DNA from: Nitrosopumilus sp.
GTDB taxonomy: Archaea; Thermoproteota; Nitrososphaeria; Nitrososphaerales; Nitrosopumilaceae
Assembly (NCBI GenBank): GCA_965218785.1
Contig: OZ244650.1
Location: forward strand, 896,001-960,000
Direction of reading: 5' to 3'
Length of the DNA stretch: 64,000 bases
A program made the position numbers and the translations under genes. This document shows, one piece after another, positions 1 to 8,448 of the stretch. The notes under the pieces are model-generated. The model saw nothing but the letters and a program-made list of their open reading frames with translations. It was not told the DNA's origin and did no database searches. The first letter of the stretch is position 1. Every line of letters starts with the position of its first letter.

Positions 1-96
1 GCCTTGAGCCACCTCTTGAAAAAAGGGTATGTAAAAAAGAAGATCTCAATTAGGGATGCCAGACAAAAGATCTATGAGATCTCAAAGATAGAGTGA
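1..96 (+). CDS. 3' end of a small winged-helix (MarR/Lrs14-like) DNA-binding protein, truncated by the window edge
   Basis: Frame 1 reads ALSHLLKKGYVKKKISIRDARQKIYEISKIE*, which resembles a wHTH wing (L..L...G.V......D.R...Y). Confidence 0.6.
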   Translation, partial: ALSHLLKKGYVKKKISIRDARQKIYEISKIE

Positions 97-147
97 GTCT
101 TGTGCCGTGCATCCAAGGCTGCCAATAACAGCAGTACAACCCGGCAA

Positions 148-1785
148 TTACTTTTCTGATGCTGCCCTGATAAATTCCACAAATGACTCTTCTGGAAATC
201 CGGGCCTGCTGTTAAATTCCGGATGAAATTGAACCCCGAGATAGAATTTATGTGATGGAATCTCAAGCATCTCCATTCTTTTCCCCCCGTCACTCTCGGC
301 TGAAAATATCATCCCTTTTTTTTCAAATTCTGAAATGTACTCTTTGTTAACTTCGTATCTGTGTCTGTGACGTTTGCTGATACTCGACGAGTTGTATATT
401 TTTTGTGCAACTGTTCCCTTCTTGATTGAAATTTCATTTGCACCCAATCTAAGGGATCCACCCATGCCTGAAACCTCCTTTTGTTCTGGAAGCAGGTCTA
501 TTATGGGATTTTTGGCATCCCTCTTAATTTCAGTCGAATTTGCATCCTCGAGATTCAGCACGTTTCTTCCAAATGCGATTGCAGCTAGCTGAAATCCAAA
601 GCATATTCCAAGGTATGGTATATTTTTTTCACGTGCAAAGTCGGCAGTTTGAATGATTCCCTCAGAGCCCCTGGTTCCAAATCCTCCGGGAACCAGAATC
701 CCATCATAGTTTGACAAGACACCCCAGTCTGTGACTGTTTCTGAATCTATCCAGTCAATCTCTACTGCCTTTCTTATTTGGGCGCCTGCATGTTTTAGTG
801 CGTGATTTACACTCACATAACTGTCTGCAAGTGTGACATATTTTCCCACCATTGCAATTTTTATCTTCTGTCCTTCGTAATTGATCATGTTCTGTACTAC
901 CGTGTTCCACCTGTCCCAATTGGCAGAGGCGTTGACCATTCCTACCTTGCCAAACTTTGTAAACATTGAATCCATGATTCCCTGATCATAAAGCATTTGT
1001 GGCACCTCAAAGATTGATTTTGCATCATGACATGATAACACATTTCCCGTCGGTACGTTTGTAAACATTCCAATCTTCTTTTTTGTCTTTTCCTCCAGCT
1101 GTGTCGTACATCTGACTGCCAAAAAGTCCGGCTGAATGCCTATCCTTCGCAGTTCTTGAACGCTGTGCTGGGTCGGCTTTGTCTTTTGCTCCCCTACCAC
1201 GTCTAGTGACGGTGCTAGTGTCACGTGAATAAATATTATCCTTTGCTGCTCCTCCTCGACTTTCATCTGCCTGAGTGCCTCCAAAAACGGCAGTGACTCG
1301 ATGTCTCCCACTGTTCCACCGCACTCTACGATCAAAAAATCCAGTTTTTCATCGTCTGCGATTTTCTTGATTCTGTTTTTGATTTCATCAGTTACATGGG
1401 GAATAATCTGAACGCATACCCCCAGATACTCCCCCCTTCTTTCTGCTTCAATTACTGAAGAGTAAACCTGCGCCGTTGTAATGTTGTGGCTTTTTGGAAT
1501 ATTCTGATTGAGGAATCTTTCATAATTGCCAATATCCATGTCGCACTCCCCGCCGTCTTCTGTTACAAATACCTCGCCGTGTGCCACCGGATTCATCGTT
1601 CCGGCATCATAGTTCAGATATGGATCTATCTTGACACAGGAGACTTTTTGATCTGCCAGCTGGAGTAGTTTTGCAATCGAGGAAGTCGTTACGCCCTTTC
1701 CAAGGCCGGACATTACGCCGCCTGTGACAAAAATAAATTTCGTCTGACTTTGATTGTCCATCTTGCTATCTTTTGTCTGGGACAT
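148..1785 (-). CDS. pyrG: CTP synthase
   Basis: Motifs KFIFVTGGVMSGLGKG, DPYLNYDAGTMNP, GGTVGDIES, GICFG and QFHPEF are present. The true start may be the second Met at 1761. Confidence 0.98.
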   Translation of the reverse strand: MSQTKDSKMDNQSQTKFIFVTGGVMSGLGKGVTTSSIAKLLQLADQKVSCVKIDPYLNYDAGTMNPVAHGEVFVTEDGGECDMDIGNYERFLNQNIPKSHNITTAQVYSSVIEAERRGEYLGVCVQIIPHVTDEIKNRIKKIADDEKLDFLIVECGGTVGDIESLPFLEALRQMKVEEEQQRIIFIHVTLAPSLDVVGEQKTKPTQHSVQELRRIGIQPDFLAVRCTTQLEEKTKKKIGMFTNVPTGNVLSCHDAKSIFEVPQMLYDQGIMDSMFTKFGKVGMVNASANWDRWNTVVQNMINYEGQKIKIAMVGKYVTLADSYVSVNHALKHAGAQIRKAVEIDWIDSETVTDWGVLSNYDGILVPGGFGTRGSEGIIQTADFAREKNIPYLGICFGFQLAAIAFGRNVLNLEDANSTEIKRDAKNPIIDLLPEQKEVSGMGGSLRLGANEISIKKGTVAQKIYNSSSISKRHRHRYEVNKEYISEFEKKGMIFSAESDGGKRMEMLEIPSHKFYLGVQFHPEFNSRPGFPEESFVEFIRAASEK

Positions 1786-1975
1786 ATCAACTGTATTTTA
1801 AAGGACTTTTTAACATTTTTTGATGTGGGATCTGTCTGATGGATATGAAATACCATCTTCGGGATTGAAGTTTTGTGTCTGTTTGGCGCCTTTTTATTGA
1901 GGCGTTTTAAATGGGGTTTCCCATGGTTAACATCCTTGGGTGCTCAAATACAGGTCTTCTTGGAATTGATAGAGA

Positions 1976-2020
1976 GGTTCTGGTGTAAAATGGTGATTTA
2001 TATCACAAATATTGGATTTT
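1976..2020. repeat. Degenerate copy of the ~47-bp palindromic repeat
   Basis: GGTTCTGGTGTAAAATGGTGATTTATATCACAAA aligns with the left part of the copies at 3365, 4942 (rc) and 5107 (rc). Confidence 0.5.
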
Positions 2021-2324
2021 ATGTTATTTTGTCGATTTAAAATGAACTCTATTGTTTTTAGTACATCCCTTTACAAGGAAAATTAGGAACAAGATCCATC
2101 ACGATAACCCGACAGAACCATGAATGTAAATTAATAAATCATAGTATTTCTATATAAAAACACGGAATCTGGGGTTCTGTCAGGTTATAGACACCTGAAA
2201 AGATGTCCAAGGCTCCAAGTGCATTCATAACCAGCAAAATATGGAAACGATTGATTTAGAGTTTGTAAATTTACAGAATTTCCACAGGTGATGATTTATT
2301 AAGTTGGATTTTTGATATTCGTAA

Positions 2325-2768
2325 ATGGAACAATGGAATCTGGGAATTTTTACAATTATGTCTGCAATGGTTACGGTAATAGGAATTATTCTAGCTTCTC
2401 GTTTTGTATATGTAGATAATAGATACAGTAACATAATTAAAAACAAAGAAGTGGAGGTGCAAAAATTAAATGAAGTCAGAGATAAATCAGAATCTGATAG
2501 TCAGGAGATTATTACGAAACAATTGATGATTAACTTGATAATAGGAGAATACAAATCTAAACGTAAAGATAATAGAAGAATTGGAATAATATTGGATCTG
2601 ATTTCTTTATTTGCCATCATAATATTGGGAACAGTGACTACTTTGGGTTATTTTGGAAATTTTTATAATTTTATATTACTTATCATCTTATTGATATTCT
2701 TGTTTTCCCTACCAACACTGAATTTTTTGTTCTATGTAAAACATGTAAACAAATATTCGTCAATCTAG
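2325..2768 (+). CDS. Hypothetical membrane protein (~3 TM), passenger of the TIR element
   Basis: 147-aa ORF with one N-terminal and two C-terminal hydrophobic stretches; AT-rich. Confidence 0.6.
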   Translation: MEQWNLGIFTIMSAMVTVIGIILASRFVYVDNRYSNIIKNKEVEVQKLNEVRDKSESDSQEIITKQLMINLIIGEYKSKRKDNRRIGIILDLISLFAIIILGTVTTLGYFGNFYNFILLIILLIFLFSLPTLNFLFYVKHVNKYSSI

Positions 2769-3242
2769 TGAATTTTTTATTGTACTATTGACGGTGTATT
2801 TTGGATATGCCTCATAAATCTGTTTTAACATTTCAATGAAATTCATGGTTTGTAATTGTCTAATCTTGTCATTAATTTTCATCATTTCGTCTGTGGTGTT
2901 GTAGAATAATTTGCGCCATTTAGTACGTCCTTTAAGTGTAAGCGTATACTGGTTGTAGTTTCTTTCTTTATCAATTATCTTTTTAGCTAATATCTCATCT
3001 GTAATACATTCATCAATATCTTGGTTTAACTGTTTACTGTATGGTCCAAAATGATGAGGTATCCAATCATCATAAAAATTAAAAGTAGGATAGGTTTTTT
3101 TTAATTTTGTTAATTCCTTTTGATATTGTTTGAATAATAAAAAACCATATTTTTGAAATCTTGTAGAACCTCGTATGATATTGTCATTGATTATGAATAA
3201 TACTCGCTCTTCTGATTTTAATACAATTGTATTTGTTTCCAT
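2760..3242 (-). CDS. SocA/Panacea (DUF4065)/YwgA-like winged-helix protein, putative antitoxin
   Basis: Pattern G.TRFQK..FLL ... W.P..FGPYS..L ... Y.LT.KG ... L...Y..YP.Y. Confidence 0.55.
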   Translation of the reverse strand: METNTIVLKSEERVLFIINDNIIRGSTRFQKYGFLLFKQYQKELTKLKKTYPTFNFYDDWIPHHFGPYSKQLNQDIDECITDEILAKKIIDKERNYNQYTLTLKGRTKWRKLFYNTTDEMMKINDKIRQLQTMNFIEMLKQIYEAYPKYTVNSTIKNSLD

Positions 3243-3364
3243 TATTTATTCGTCCACACCAGTAATTGCCTTTTATCTTTGATTTTTTGCATGTCTAGAA
3301 TATGTATTATTATGCTTATGTGCTTTGTGCATTAATACACATATTCCGATGAATGCGGCGAGGA

Positions 3365-3411
3365 GATTCTGGTGCAAAACAATGATTAGATTACCAAAAT
3401 GCATCAGAATC
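3365..3411. repeat. 47-bp imperfect palindromic repeat
   Basis: GATTCTGGTGCA...TGATTAGATTACCAAAATGCATCAGAATC; same length and ends as the copy at 4942-4988. Confidence 0.75.
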
Positions 3412-3550
3412 GATCATTAGATAGAATCACAAGCAGGAATTCTTTTAAAATGTCTAATTTACTGAAATTCATTAAATAAGATGGTTTTACCCATTTTAGC
3501 ATTAATTTGTCCTTACAATAGCCCAAGGTCTAATAGCATTAAGTAGCGAC

Positions 3551-3595
3551 TCCAATACAGTAGAATCCAACACAGTGGAATTCAATACGGTAGAA
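3551..3595. repeat. Degenerate 15-bp tandem repeat, 3 copies
   Basis: TCCAATACAGTAGAA / TCCAACACAGTGGAA / TTCAATACGGTAGAA. Confidence 0.7.
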
Positions 3596-3781
3596 CCCAT
3601 TAGATCATATTATGAAAATGGAAAATTAACAACTGAATTTCATATTGGAAAAAAATATCAGGGTAGTAAATACATAAAAAAATAATCAAGTCAAAATATT
3701 ATTAATAATCTAGTCTATTTTTTAATAATCTTTATTGTGCATAAAAATCATCTTTTCAGGTGTCTATAACCCGACAAAATC

Positions 3782-3997
3782 GAATCTGGCAATACTAGTA
3801 AATTTACTATTCATATTCAAAGAGAGGATGATGGCGGATATAGCGGTCGGTGCCTAGAAATTCCGGCGGCTATAAGTCAGGGCAATTCATTAGATGAATT
3901 AAAAAAGAATGTGCAAGAAGCCATACAACTATCTTTAGAATATTTAAAAGATAAAGCCAAAAAAGAAAACAAGGAATTAATCGAGATTTATACATAA
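3782..3997 (+). pseudogene. hicB: HicB-family antitoxin, separated from its start by the TIR element
   Basis: Reads ESGNTSKFTIHIQREDDGGYSGRCLEIPAAISQGNSLDELKKNVQEAIQLSLEYL...*. There is no standard start codon, and an in-frame TAA lies at 3767. Confidence 0.85.
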
Positions 3998-4000
3998 TAA

Positions 4001-4216
4001 TTGACTCTTAGAAATCACAAATAGCGTGATGTTTATCGGGTTTTAGTTGATCATGGATTTTATGTTGATAGACAACGAGGGGATCACATGCACATGATCA
4101 ACTCTGCTGGTAGACATGTTGTTCTTGTAAAAACTAGTCCGATTAAAATCGGCACTTTGAAAAATATCTTAATTCAGGCTGACATAACACAAGAAGATTT
4201 TATTAAAGAAGTTTAG
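4001..4216 (+). pseudogene. hicA: HicA-family toxin with premature amber stop
   Basis: Reads LTLRNHK*RDVYRVLVDHGFYVDRQRGDHMHM...IKIGTLKNILIQA, with the HicA GF...RQ.G.H and GTL..IL motifs. TAG is at 4022-4024. Confidence 0.85.
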
Positions 4217-4287
4217 AAAAATTCAAATTCATTTAATCCAATATTGATAATTTTTATAATAATACTGGTAGAATGAATAGTAAACTG

Positions 4288-4705
4288 TCAATTCATCCTG
4301 TATCTAAAATATTTTCTGCCGTATTTAACATCAGGCTGTGCCGCCACATTTGATATTTTCCGGTCTGCGTAGTGTAGACAGTTTGGTCTTTTCTTTGACT
4401 TCCATTTCACTGCTAAATGACTAATTAACAAAGATGGAACAGTTGTACAGATTTCTTTTGCTTCAATTGGAGGAGTTGCATCATTTCTAATGTGAGATGC
4501 TGCAACTGTAACATATCCCATTGCCTCACCTTTAATTTTTAGCTGATACATTCGAATTATATTCTCTAACATCACCTAAAGAAATGTTTTGATAGTAATC
4601 TGTAAATTCTGGTACATCGGATTCAAAATCATCCTCTAACAAATCTGATTCTTGAACTTGCAGTATTCATATTCTATTGAATTGAAATCTATCTTTGGTA
4701 AAGAT
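4288..4705 (-). pseudogene. Frameshifted GNAT acetyltransferase (TacT/AtaT-like toxin)
   Basis: Pieces in different frames: ...DDFESDVPEFTDYYQ.., then IRMYQL..GYVTV...VPSLLISHLAV. The C-terminal acetyl-CoA motif is lost. Confidence 0.55.
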
Positions 4706-4717
4706 AATTTTTAAAAA

Positions 4718-4867
4718 TTAGAAATTTGATTTAGGATTGGCTTTTTCTACGTGTTCTTGAGCTCTTTTCAAATTTGCCATCTGTTCGGGGGTTGCTCCTG
4801 TTTTCAAGTTTTCTTGTAATTTTCTAGTTTGCATTTTATCAAATGGTTTAACGTCTCGCAATGCCAT
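4718..4867 (-). CDS. 49-aa protein directly upstream of the GNAT gene, putative antitoxin
   Basis: MALRDVKPFDKMQTRKLQENLKTGATPEQMANLKRAQEHVEKANPKSNF*; TA-like position, with an AT-rich TATA-like stretch upstream. Confidence 0.5.
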   Translation of the reverse strand: MALRDVKPFDKMQTRKLQENLKTGATPEQMANLKRAQEHVEKANPKSNF

Positions 4868-4941
4868 AGTAATATGAATATAAGAAATGTTATAAAAAAA
4901 TACTATGAGATTATCGGGATCTGATTATATAGGTTAGACTT

Positions 4942-4988
4942 GATTCTGGTGCATTTTGGTGATCAGATCACTAGAATCCACCAGAACC
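4942..4988. repeat. 47-bp imperfect palindromic repeat
   Basis: GATTCTGGTG-CATTTTGG-TGATCAGATCA-CTAGAATC-CACCAGAACC; near-identical to the reverse complement of 27852-27897. Confidence 0.9.
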
Positions 4989-4990
4989 AT

Positions 4991-5082
4991 GCAGAGGCTG
5001 TCTAGTCTGGTATGTCGTTTGCCTTAAGAGTGGATGACTGTCATGAGTTTCGGGGGGTTCAAATCCCCCCTTCCTCTCTGCG
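4991..5082 (+). tRNA. Degenerate tRNA-Leu(TAA)-like gene, probable pseudo-tRNA
   Basis: Acceptor GCAGAGG/TCTCTGC, D-loop TAGTCTGGTA, anticodon loop CTTAAGA, long variable arm, T-arm GGGGG-TTCAAAT-CCCCC. The D and anticodon stems are weak, and extra bases precede the 3' acceptor strand. Confidence 0.65.
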
Positions 5083-5106
5083 TCAGCTCCCGCTAACTTA
5101 CCGGAG

Positions 5107-5152
5107 CATCCTAGGATGTTTTGGTGATCAGATTATCATTTGTATCAGAACC
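5107..5152. repeat. Degenerate copy of the ~47-bp repeat, same orientation as 4942-4988
   Basis: TTTTGGTGATCAGATTATCATTTGTATCAGAACC. Confidence 0.7.
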
Positions 5153-5211
5153 ACATAAAATTTCAATCTGGAGAAGATCATATTTTGTGCCATATCTGCA
5201 TACTTGGTACC

Positions 5212-5401
5212 TATATCGCTATTAGAAATAGTATTTAAAACAAAACGATATATCGCTATCCAAAATAGTATTTAAAACAAAACGATATATCGCTATCCAA
5301 AATAGTATTTAAAACAAAACGATATATCGCTATCCAAAATAGTATTTAAAACAAAACGATATATCGCTATCCAAAATAGTATTTAAAACAAAACGATATA
5401 T
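5212..5401. repeat. 37-bp tandem repeat, 5 copies, no spacers
   Basis: Unit ATATCGCTATCCAAAATAGTATTTAAAACAAAACGAT; period 37 (e.g. 5251, 5288, 5325, 5362). Confidence 0.95.
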
Positions 5402-5434
5402 TTTTATTAAAAATGGTGTCTAACAAACCACATA

Positions 5435-6058
5435 ATGAAAAAGGAGATCCGTACTAATATCAAAGATAGGGTGGCAAGAATACTGTTTAATGAACCGGGC
5501 GGAACACTGACAAAATATCAAATAGCAAAATTAGCAGGTAGTGGGTATCCGTGGATTCATAGTCTTTTGAAAAAATTAGAACAGCAGGGAATCATTCAGA
5601 AAACCAAAGTAAAGAATTTTGAATCATTGATGGAATGGTGGAAACAATGTCAACCCATTCCAAAAAATAGAGAATATATGATTCAAAGACCGTTAGAATT
5701 ATTAAAACAGACCAATCTGGAATACGCCCTTACAACATACCAGGCAGAAAATATGGTACAAAATTACCTATTTCCAACACGAACCGATATCTATATCCGT
5801 CAATCAGACAAACTAAAGTGGCACAAACTGCTAGTTCAAAACGGACTGGTCGGTAGGGGAAACATGAGGATTTTCATTGGAGATGATCATGTATTTTACA
5901 AATCGTTCAAAGTAGACGGCTTTTCACTGGTGTCAGTACCTCAAATAATGTCTGATTTGTATCGGGAGGGCAATGTTGGTATCGAGGCAGCAGATATGCT
6001 GTTAAAAAAGGTGGAGAAAGGCGCTCTGCAAAATCAAGTCAGACATATCAAAATATAA
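5435..6058 (+). CDS. AbiEi-like type IV TA antitoxin / HTH regulator (orphan)
   Basis: N-terminal HTH, then YALT...A......P...DIYI, GN.RI and VS.PQI..DL...G..G.EAA..L. Confidence 0.6.
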   Translation: MKKEIRTNIKDRVARILFNEPGGTLTKYQIAKLAGSGYPWIHSLLKKLEQQGIIQKTKVKNFESLMEWWKQCQPIPKNREYMIQRPLELLKQTNLEYALTTYQAENMVQNYLFPTRTDIYIRQSDKLKWHKLLVQNGLVGRGNMRIFIGDDHVFYKSFKVDGFSLVSVPQIMSDLYREGNVGIEAADMLLKKVEKGALQNQVRHIKI

Positions 6059-6219
6059 TTTAATCAGTGCTTTCAATACTTTTTTTCTAAACATTTTAAA
6101 CAAATTATCGGATGTAATTAACCCGAAAAGATTCCCGTCCGGTACTGCTTAAATTGAAATATCCGTTACCCGTCTGCTATTTCCGTATGTCTGCTTTTAG
6201 GATTTTGATGAATATGTAG

Positions 6220-6759
6220 TTATACCATGCCGGCTTCTGCATTTGAATCTACAGAAACCGAAATAGACGTATTGTGGATGGCGTGAATTATGGGATCTCC
6301 CAAATCATTACTATACTCCGGATACAGATAAGCCGTATTAAGCGTAGTTTTAGTTCTTAACATGACGGGTGTCTCCCCCTGTAATACATATTCATTCCAG
6401 GGTTCATCTGTTTGTTCTTTTATTATATATGAAAACAGATCTTGTTTTTTACTGGAATTGATAAACTGAGGCTGCCAACGTTTTGCGGATTTTATTTTTT
6501 CACCCTGATTGACATATCCCACCATTGGATGATAGGATATAAAATATCTCATATGATCAGGAATGTTTACCATGTTGGGAACATTTGCAAATTTTTCATC
6601 ACGAACTTTTAAAATATTGATAGGTATGTTTGCAACACGCAAAAACCCCTTTACTGATGGATGTTCAATTTTGTACATATTGTATTCGAATTTTTTAACC
6701 TTAAACAGAATTGAATCTGCATCCTTTTTGGGATTGATGGAAATAGAGCGGTCTGACAT
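6220..6759 (-). CDS. Hypothetical protein
   Basis: 179-aa ORF, 3 bp downstream of the Zn-ribbon gene. Confidence 0.65.
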   Translation of the reverse strand: MSDRSISINPKKDADSILFKVKKFEYNMYKIEHPSVKGFLRVANIPINILKVRDEKFANVPNMVNIPDHMRYFISYHPMVGYVNQGEKIKSAKRWQPQFINSSKKQDLFSYIIKEQTDEPWNEYVLQGETPVMLRTKTTLNTAYLYPEYSNDLGDPIIHAIHNTSISVSVDSNAEAGMV

Positions 6760-6762
6760 TTC

Positions 6763-7152
6763 TCATTGACCTGGTTTTATCATGGGTTTCTGCAGATGTT
6801 TTAGATCCGTTGTGGATTCTCCGGTGAATTCTTTATCATTATACTTTGAGATATTTTCAGAAATATTGGATGTAATCTCTGCATCAAAGGAATCAAGAAA
6901 AACAGTTTCCCCATCCACGCTGACCTGAGCCGTTCTCTGTATTGTACCTGCCTGATATGCTGATCTTTGCAAATCCTCATATTTTTTCTCAGAGAACATG
7001 CTATAATGACACATTGGGCAGCGCAAACCATCAAAAGCACCCAGAAAACTACCATCCTCAAAATAGGGTACAAGACTTTTAGCAAGTGCGGTTTTACAAT
7101 CCGGACAACCAAATGCCCCTGATTTTAACTGAATTGGGTCTTTTTGTGTCAA
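6763..7152 (-). CDS. Zinc-ribbon protein (YgiT/MqsA-like CxxC...CxxC)
   Basis: CPDC and CPMC pairs; TTG start. Confidence 0.55.
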   Translation of the reverse strand: MTQKDPIQLKSGAFGCPDCKTALAKSLVPYFEDGSFLGAFDGLRCPMCHYSMFSEKKYEDLQRSAYQAGTIQRTAQVSVDGETVFLDSFDAEITSNISENISKYNDKEFTGESTTDLKHLQKPMIKPGQ

Positions 7153-7632
7153 GTTGCTAGTCCTACTATCTCAGGTAATTATTTAATATAAATGGTTTTT
7201 AAAAATAATTTACAGGTGTATTGAGAAGCATTACAATCAAGCCTGATTTTATCCGATAAGCACATTTTTTATTTTTGTCGCCTTGAAGTACATCCTACTT
7301 TTGTTTTGGGATGCCGTGTTTGATTCTGACAGGATTTTATTTAACGCGTCTGGCAGCATGTCATAAACAACATGCAGATCGTATTTGGCTACCTGGATCC
7401 CAAGCATGATTGTCAAACCCGCCTCAATAGATTGCGATCATAGAATCTGCCAAAATGATCTTATCATTTCAAGATCTTTACAACTGTAAAAAAATCCCTT
7501 GTTTTTTTAACGACTATACAGGATTTCAGAGGATCTTTTTTATTTTTCCAATGCGTATCATACATGAAGACCTCGAGTTCGGTGGCCATATCTGGGGTGA
7601 CCTCCATCATATCAGATAATTTGGCCGCCACT

Positions 7633-8448
7633 CTATGACGATTCAAGCATTGTCTGTCTCTTGAGACTTTTTGTAAATGATGCAATTTTTGCCTCCAGTT
7701 TATTTTGGGGTGTTTTTTCAATCAGTTTCAAGTATGCACTTCCGACGATTACCGCATCTGCACCGGCACTGATGTATCTTTTTACATCCTCCGGAGTTGA
7801 GACGCCAAAACCCACCCCCACCGGGAGTCCTCCTCCTTTCCTGGTGTATCTTTTGACATCCCTGATTGCCTTTAGCGTGTAATCTTTAATCCCCGTCTTG
7901 ACACCTGTCGTTCCGTAAACTGCTACAAGGTATAGAAATCCAGTCGATGCCTTGGCAATCTCCCGTATTCTTGTCTTTGTGGTATTGGGCGATATCAAAA
8001 ATATCGTGTCTGCCTTGTTCTTTGCCGCGTGCAGGTACTCTTTTGACTCCTCTACTGACATGTCTGGGAGAATAAACCCGTCAATTCCCGCCCCTGTCGC
8101 TTTTGAAATAAATTCCTGATATCCCATGTGATACAGTATGTTGGTGTACGTCATTAGTACCAGTGGGATATCAGTCTCCTTTCTGATCTTTTTTACAAGA
8201 TTCAGAAACTTGTCCACAGTAGTGCCTTTTTCAAGTGATACGGTACCTGCATTCTGAATTACCGGTCCGTCTGCCAGGGGATCTGAAAATGGAAAGCCCA
8301 GTTCTATGATGTCTGCCCCGCCCTTTACCAGCCCCCTTACTGCCGTAATTGTCGCCCTCTCATTTGGGAATCCGGCCATGATATATGAAATCAGCGCCTT
8401 TTGATTTCCTGCCTCCATCTCTGCAAACTTTTCCTTAATCTTTGACAT
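7633..8448 (-). CDS. trpA: Tryptophan synthase alpha chain
   Basis: [33 protein letters not shown]. Confidence 0.97.
   Translation of the reverse strand: MSKIKEKFAEMEAGNQKALISYIMAGFPNERATITAVRGLVKGGADIIELGFPFSDPLADGPVIQNAGTVSLEKGTTVDKFLNLVKKIRKETDIPLVLMTYTNILYHMGYQEFISKATGAGIDGFILPDMSVEESKEYLHAAKNKADTIFLISPNTTKTRIREIAKASTGFLYLVAVYGTTGVKTGIKDYTLKAIRDVKRYTRKGGGLPVGVGFGVSTPEDVKRYISAGADAVIVGSAYLKLIEKTPQNKLEAKIASFTKSLKRQTMLESS

Larger units (their letters stand above)
2173..3781. mobile_element. Non-autonomous TIR element (MITE/mobile-cassette type) carrying passenger genes, no transposase
   Basis: 33-bp inverted repeats at 2173-2205 and 3749-3781 match at 30/33. A perfect 8-bp direct repeat GAATCTGG sits immediately outside at 2165-2172 and 3782-3789. 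Confidence 0.88.

Noticed and set aside
4022-4024. Amber readthrough (pyrrolysine/recoding) in hicA
   Set aside because: TAG ends other genes here, no pyl genes are seen, and the partner hicB is also disrupted; a nonsense mutation is simpler.
1976-5152. Integron cassette array (attC sites)
   Set aside because: The repeats have GTT at the 5' end and AAC/ATC at the 3' end, the reverse of attC. Orientation is mixed and no integrase is present.
5212-5401. CRISPR array
   Set aside because: The units are contiguous with no unique spacers, and there are no cas genes in the window.
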